A DNA stretch of 41,936 nt from Chlorokybus atmophyticus (Eukaryota; Plantae; Mesostigma and Chlorokybus algae), in NCBI GenBank assembly GCA_009103225.1, contig RHPI01002949.1, positions 1 through 41,936 of the forward strand, in the 5' to 3' direction. The notes below the pieces were generated by a model. It was not told where the DNA came from. It saw only the letters and a list, made by a program, of their open reading frames with translations, and made no database searches. Numbering within the stretch: the stretch's first letter is position 1; every line of letters starts with the position of its first letter. Shown piece by piece: positions 35,876 to 41,936 of the stretch. The position numbers were made by a program, and so were the translations under genes.

Positions 35876-37348
35876 ATGAGCAGGCCCACCCCTTTCTCGC
35901 CAATAGAAGAAGGGGACCTCAACAGCTGGAGCCCAACCTCCAACCTTACCTACGAGCGCGCAAGTGAAGGGAGCGATTACCGTAGCAGCAGAGGCTCACG
36001 CCCCATCTCCGGCTTCACCTCCTCTCACTCCACTCCTCGACAACGAGCATCTCCACCACCGTCGGACGGTGACGACGAAGAGATGGAGCCCTCCAGCTCA
36101 ACCAACTCCCTAAGCTTCTCCGGACGCCCTGGCACCACCTCACTTGACGAGTTCATTATCATGTTCCACTCCAAGATGCGGCAGCAAGCCCTCAAGAGCA
36201 AGGACTGGACAGATGAGGTATCGTTTCATGTGTCCGCTCAATACCTTGATCACGAAGCACATGATGTGTGGAAGTCCGTCGCTGAGTTGCACAAGATTGA
36301 TGGCTATGGCGAGTTGGCCAGCACAATAGCCGCCACGTCACTGCATAGCCCATCGGTTACTATCCCTGTAGCAGCGGCCCCGCCCGCCTCAGTCACGGGT
36401 CTCACTCTAGCTGCAGCCATGGAGAAGGCAGAGAATGAAGAAGTTGAGGTGGTAGTGGCCTCATTGACTCCTGCAGAGATCGAAAGCAAGAAGGCCGAGC
36501 GCCGCATCAGGATACTCAACCGCACCGCTGCCATCATCAGGGAGCAACAAGAGGAGCAGCAAGCTGCAGCGTTGGAGATGGGTACGCCCCTGCTACCAAC
36601 ACCGAACTCGCGTGCTCCAGCGGGAGGCAGTGTTTTCACCCTCGGTTCAGTGGCATTGCGTGCACCCGCGCTTACGGTGGGCGCGGCCATGTCGGACTCC
36701 CCGTTGAAGGACCTCTACGCCGCACTCCGGAGCACCTTCCCACCGCAAACCAACAGCAAGGTGGAGGAGTTGAGGCGTTTTCGACGGAAGCCCCACGAGG
36801 ACCCTGTCCGACTGTATTCACGGTTGGAAGGGTTGCCAAAAGACACTGACTACAAGATCGTCAGTGAGGAGGCGGCAGCAGTGGTGTATGTGGCCGAGTT
36901 GGATCCCACCCTGAGTGAGTCAACGCGCCTGACGCTGAACTACAGCAGGCCCCTCGGCTACACCCTCAAGGAAGCTTTCGAGACTGCACAAGCCATCCAT
37001 AAGCGTGCAGTGTATGAGAAAGCGGTGCTGGACACCAACCGCAGTGCCTCACGGCCTATGGCAGGCACAAGTGCAGAGCCTCTTCGGCGGGACCGCAGCC
37101 GAGAGCCGCAAGGCATCCACAACAAGGATAAACGGTCAGCTAACGCTGCCCTTGTGTCTCCAGTGCTGTGCCACCGGTGCGGTCGACATGGCCACTACCA
37201 AAAGGAGTGCACCGAAGATTACGGCAACCTTGTGTGCGATTACTGCCACAAGACGGGACACTTGAAGACAGCATGCTGGCTCAAGTTCCCTGAGCTGCGG
37301 CCCTCTATCGGCTACAACAACGGCAACAACGCTGTTGGCTACCGCGGC

Positions 37349-37380
<32 letters not shown>

Positions 37381-38522
37381 CGGGGGCTACAACAACAGCA
37401 ACCACGCTGGCGGCTACAACAACAGCAACAACGCTGGTGGTCGCAACAACGGCAACAAAGCTGGTGGCCACAACCCCAACAACAACAGCAACGCTGAGGC
37501 CCGCAAGGAAGAAGCTGGCTACAGAGGGAAAAACCGCCCTCCACAGCACAAAGGATCTGAGGGACGTCCTCGTGCTGGAGCTGCTGTTGTAAAGGCACCA
37601 ACCAATCCACCGGCTATTGACCAAGTGGCAGCCGTGATGGCGCGCGTGGCACAGCTGGAGGAGAACGAGGAGCAGGACTATCAAGCCTGCTATGCTGCTA
37701 GGTGGGCACTGATGGCACCAAAACGGGATAGGGACTCTCCCACGCCGTCACGCGTACAACCATCAAGACGTGCGCGCAGGGAAGCTGGCGCATCGTCAAC
37801 AGCGGCATCGTCGGACGCCACAAGTGGTGCTGCCTCGGCAGCCACAACCACCGCTGGGACGACGCCGTCGACGACACCGTCGGCGTCCACACCGTCCACG
37901 ACAGCAGGTGTCAGCACTCTTGGCACCACGCTGTCCCCGGTGATGGAGAGCACCCACGCCGCAACAACCATGGTCGTTGGGTTCGTAAGTGGTGAATCCA
38001 TCACTCCTGCCTCCATTGAAGCGACCACATCGGCCGCAACTGCTGCCACCCTCACGGCCGCCACCTCAGTGACGACGACTGCTGCAGGTGCCACCACCAT
38101 CGCCTCCAGTAGTGCTGCCGCACCCACTGCACCACTTCCTGAGTTTTGAGCGGCACCGCCACCAGAGTTGGACGTCACACAGCAAGTGCCACGCGGGCCA
38201 CAAGCAGAACGCGCCTGGGCGTCGGTCCTACGCAACGTAGAGCCCACCACCATTGCGTACGGACCAGGGGGGCAACGCACCACGCGCGTGGCACGCGATG
38301 ATCGCATCTTGCCCCTACCACCTCCAGAGTACCACACGCTGCCGGAACCCACACAACAGCAGCTAGAGGATAAAATTCTCGCCAGCACTGCACCAGAGAT
38401 GAGGGATCGTCTCTTCGGGGTCACCTATCGGCGACCTGCAGTATTGGAGCTGGCCATCCAGTTGTTCCTGGCATTACACGCACGATTGCAGGGCGCACCC
38501 AGTCAAACGCAACAACCCATGC
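35876..38522 (+). mobile_element. Retrotransposon gag-like ORF (757 aa) with two CCHC knuckles; the frame continues past a TGA until cut by an LTR insertion
   Basis: The knuckles are CHRCGRHGHYQKEC and CDYCHKTGHLKTAC. There is a gag-like LRRFRRKPHEDP segment and an (AAC)n Asn tract. ORF 38168-38527 is in the same frame as 35876-38149. Confidence 0.75.
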
Positions 38523-39164
38523 TGTAACGATGCTCGTGCTCACATACACAGCACACAAGTTATACAACACATGTGTGCAGCTGAGCACAATCTTCACACC
38601 GGAACCTTGCTTTCACTCGCGCACGCACGCACGCGTCGAGCGCGGCCACGCACACGAACACTACTACTTCTCACGCCAAGCAAGAACGCAGCAGTGTGCC
38701 TTGGACCACAACTCCCTCAAGCATGCACCAGCATACTCACAGCAGAGAGCAGAAAACAAAGTTGGTTGCATTACACAGGGTTTTTCTATTTATACAAGCA
38801 CTAGGAAGAAATAGCCTAATTAACAGGCATTTCATTATTCACTACCAAATCTAAAGGCAGGTCCAAGTGCAGGCTCCCCGCCACGCGCGTTGGGCCTTTG
38901 GCGGCTGTGTGACTGTGCAGTCCGCGTCACCTGGCACTGCACAGCGCGTGTCCAGTCAGCGGCTGTGTCACAACCGCGTGGCAGGTGGGTCACGTCGCCG
39001 AATTAACTGCTGTCGAGCAGGTCGCAGGCGAGTCGCGCGCGGCAGCAGGGGCAGGCGCCACATGGGCTTAATAAAGCTCATAAAAGCCCTCATCAAGCCA
39101 GCAAAAAAGGCAAAATAAGTACTTTATGTACAATAAAATACAAAGAATGCCCCAGGCTGTTACA
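38523..39164 (-). mobile_element. 3' LTR (642 bp) of the downstream chromovirus
   Basis: The termini are TGTAAC...GTTACA. The minus-strand PPT GGGGGGGAAGGGG directly precedes TGTAACA at 39164. Confidence 0.8.
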
Positions 39165-41181
39165 CCCCTTCCCCCCCGGGGGAGCTTCGTCCTTGAAGCT
39201 GACGACTGCCTCCTCTGGCCTTGTGGTCTTGCAAGACCTGTTTGGCATTGGTAAAGCTCTCCTCGGGCTCGTATGTCGCCTCGTGCATTGGATAGCCACG
39301 CCACTTCACCAAATACTTGCGCACGCCTCGGATCAGCTTGTCCGGGACAACTACTTCCACTTCCCACTCAGCTTCACCTTCACGAACCACATCTGGAGGC
39401 GGACGAGCTGGTGGCTCCCCTCGATAACCTCTAAGAAGCGAGACATGAAAAACAGGGTGCACATGCATGGTATTGGGCAGCTCCAGCTTGTAGGCCACCT
39501 TCGAGATGACCTTGATCACTTTAAAGGGCCCAAACCATCGCTCACTCAGCTTGCGCACCCCCTTGACCAGCTGCACATGCTTGGTTGAAAGCATTACAAG
39601 GTCACCCTCCTCGAACACAACATCCTTGCGACGCGCATCTGCGTATTGCTTTTGCCGGTTTTGCGCCACAAGCAGAGCCTCTCGAGCTGCCTTGGTAATG
39701 TCGGCACACCTTTCAAGAAAGCCGTCCACGGCCTCCACATCTGAACTTTGCATGCTAGGCACCCACGCCGTCAATGGCGTCAATGGATGTTGCCCATAGT
39801 TCATAAGGAAAGGTGTCACGCCCGTGCTTGCACTCTTGTGGTTGTTAATGGTGAACTCAATCAGCTCCAGCATGTCTCCCCAATTGTCTTGGCGGCTGTT
39901 CACATAGCACCGTAGCATGTCTTCGATGACGCGGTTGGCGCGCTCCGTTTGGCCGTCCGTTTCAGGGTGGTACGCGGTGCTGAACTTCAAGCTTGTGCCT
40001 AGAGTTGCGTGGAGAGCTCTCCAAAAGTTGCCAGTAAACCGTGGGTCTTTATCACTGATAATGCTTCTTGGAAGGCCATGAGAGCGCACCACATGCTTGA
40101 TGAACAACTTGGCAGCCTCGGGAGCTGTGCAAGTCGCCGTACATGGCGCCAATCGCACCATTTTGCTAGTCTTGTCCACAAACACCAAGATAGCATCATG
40201 CCCTTTACGTGTCCGTGGCAGCCCCGTGATGAAGTCAAGAGTAACTTGCTCCCACCTCGTCAAAGGTATCGGCAATGGTTGGAGCAGCCCACTGGCGCGT
40301 TGATTGCTCGCCTTCACCCTTTGACAAGTGTCGTACAATGCCACATAGTCCTTAACGTCACGATGCATCTCCGACCAGAAAAATTTCTGTTTCAACAAGG
40401 CTAGTGTCCGTTCCAGCCCTTGATGACCAGCCATTGGCACATCATGCGCTTCCTTCATCAATGCCACGCGCATGTGCGCAATGTTGGGTATGTACATGCG
40501 ATCGCCATGCCATAGCAGCCCGTCCTTCAATGCCCAAAGGCCGCTATGTTCAGTCCCATTCTCCAACGCCTCAATGGTCTTCTCCCCCACCGCGTCCTCA
40601 TGCAATAAGGCACGGATCTGGTCAAGCCACTTGGGCTGCACTTGCACCACCGTTTCAAGCGCGTTGAGTTGACGGCTTAATGCGTCCGCAACCTTATTTG
40701 AAGAGCCCGGCTTGTACTTCACTTCAAAGTCGAAGAGTTGGAAGAACTCGAGCCAACGAGCTTGCCGCCGTGAGAGGTGAGGCTGCGTTTGAAGGTACCT
40801 TAATGGCGAGTGGTCCGTCTCAAGTGTGAACCGCTTGCCTTCAAGGAAACAACGCCATTGCCGTAGCGCTAGCACCTGCGCCAGCAATTCCTTCTCATGA
40901 ACGGGGTAGTTGAGCTCAGCCCCGCTCATTTTCTTGCTGAAATAGGCCACCGGTTGCAAGCCGTTGCCGTGATCCTGCTGCAAAACAGCCCCAATAGCCT
41001 TGTCGGACGCATCACACGCCACCACAAAGGGCAATTGCATGTTGGGATGCAGCAGCACGGGAGCCGATGTCAGGGCCTCTTTCAAGTCGGAAAATGCCTT
41101 TGTTGCAGCCTCCGACCAGCTCCAAGCCACCCCCTTCCTCAACAATATTGTTGAGGACACCGGTAATTCTGGACCCCCCAA
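39160..41181 (-). mobile_element. Chromovirus pol remnant: RNase H, integrase and chromodomain in one open frame; RT and gag missing
   Basis: Motifs: CDASDKAIGAVL, NYPVHEKELLA, HDVPMAGH, LDFITGLP, SDKDPRF, QTERANR, GPFKV, YLVKWRGY...TYEPE. The first Cys of HHCC appears replaced (ALYDTC). Confidence 0.95.
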
Positions 41182-41189
41182 ATTTCTGA

Positions 41190-41840
41190 AAATTCAGCGC
41201 ATTTGCCCTGAATACTCATCTGTTTTATGTGTGAACTCGCCACTTGCGTGGCTGCAGAGGTCGCTGTTACGGTTGCTGATTATTCAGGCCAAATGCCCTG
41301 AATACAAGCAATGGATATTCACACGTTTTGGGCATGAATAATAATTGTAATTGTCCATCTCGCACACAACCTCCTACATGTGAGTAGTTATTCACTCGCA
41401 ACAGAACTGCATATTCAGTCTTAGGTATACATGGTCCTAGACTTGTACCATGGCACCAAGTGATTATTCATACTTTGTGTGCGTGAATGTTTACAGCGCC
41501 TGCTCTCACACTAGGTCCTATTTATTAGTAATTATTCACACGCATATTGGCTTAATGTTTACACATACTAAAGCTGTTTCAACAGCACATGTACCATACT
41601 AGCAAGTGATTATTCATATGATTTGTGATTGAATAATACAGCATATCTGCTCTCACACATAGTCCTATATATGAGTGGTTATTCACCCATAGTATGGTTG
41701 AACAATCACTGCTGCCTTTGGTCGATTTTTCACGCGAATGATAATTGAATCATACAGCACTTCTGCTCACACACAGTAGTCCTACATATAATACATATAA
41801 TAAAGGTTATTCACTCACAGTTTGGTTGAATAATCACTGC
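41190..41840. repeat. AT-rich degenerate repeats, probably subterminal repeats of a DNA transposon that truncates the chromovirus
   Basis: TGCCCTGAATAC occurs twice. CTCACAC...GTCCTA...TTATTCAC recurs roughly every 130-140 bp. Confidence 0.5.
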
Positions 41841-41936
41841 ATCTTGCTATTGTCAACAGCTGTGACATAGCATAGCTGTGACATAGCACATAGCAATCAG
41901 TCCAGCCGGTGAATCTGGACAGCAATGTCAGCTGAA

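Overview
Eukaryotic nuclear DNA with spliceosomal introns, CA/TG-rich introns, an N gap at 7001-7317 and single-N joins at 28784 and 29817. It most likely comes from a non-seed streptophyte, probably an alga. That is an inference from a land-plant-type GBSS C-terminus alongside a PHD-bearing Gypsy integrase of the kind known from green algae. The window is a TE-rich immune-gene neighbourhood. It holds the 3' part of a TIR-type NB-ARC-LRR gene with 13 near-identical 72-bp LRRs, a TIR pseudogene, and two genes carrying the EDS1/PAD4/SAG101 EP domain with no visible lipase domain. One EP gene is a 4-exon SEFIR(TIR-fold)-EP fusion (5452-6637) whose splice phases all agree. The other is an intronless transmembrane-EP gene (24100-24815) with one frameshift. 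A diverged ~2.4-kb duplication precedes both. The rest comprises the last two GBSS exons, a complete 612-bp TRIM, two chromovirus remnants, a gag with two zinc knuckles, an integrase-PHD remnant, and nested fold-back palindromes sharing one junction motif. All protein assignments are motif recognition by eye with no database search. About 7.3-11.3 kb, 15-18 kb, 21.3-23.9 kb and 25-26.9 kb remain unexplained and are probably decayed repeats.
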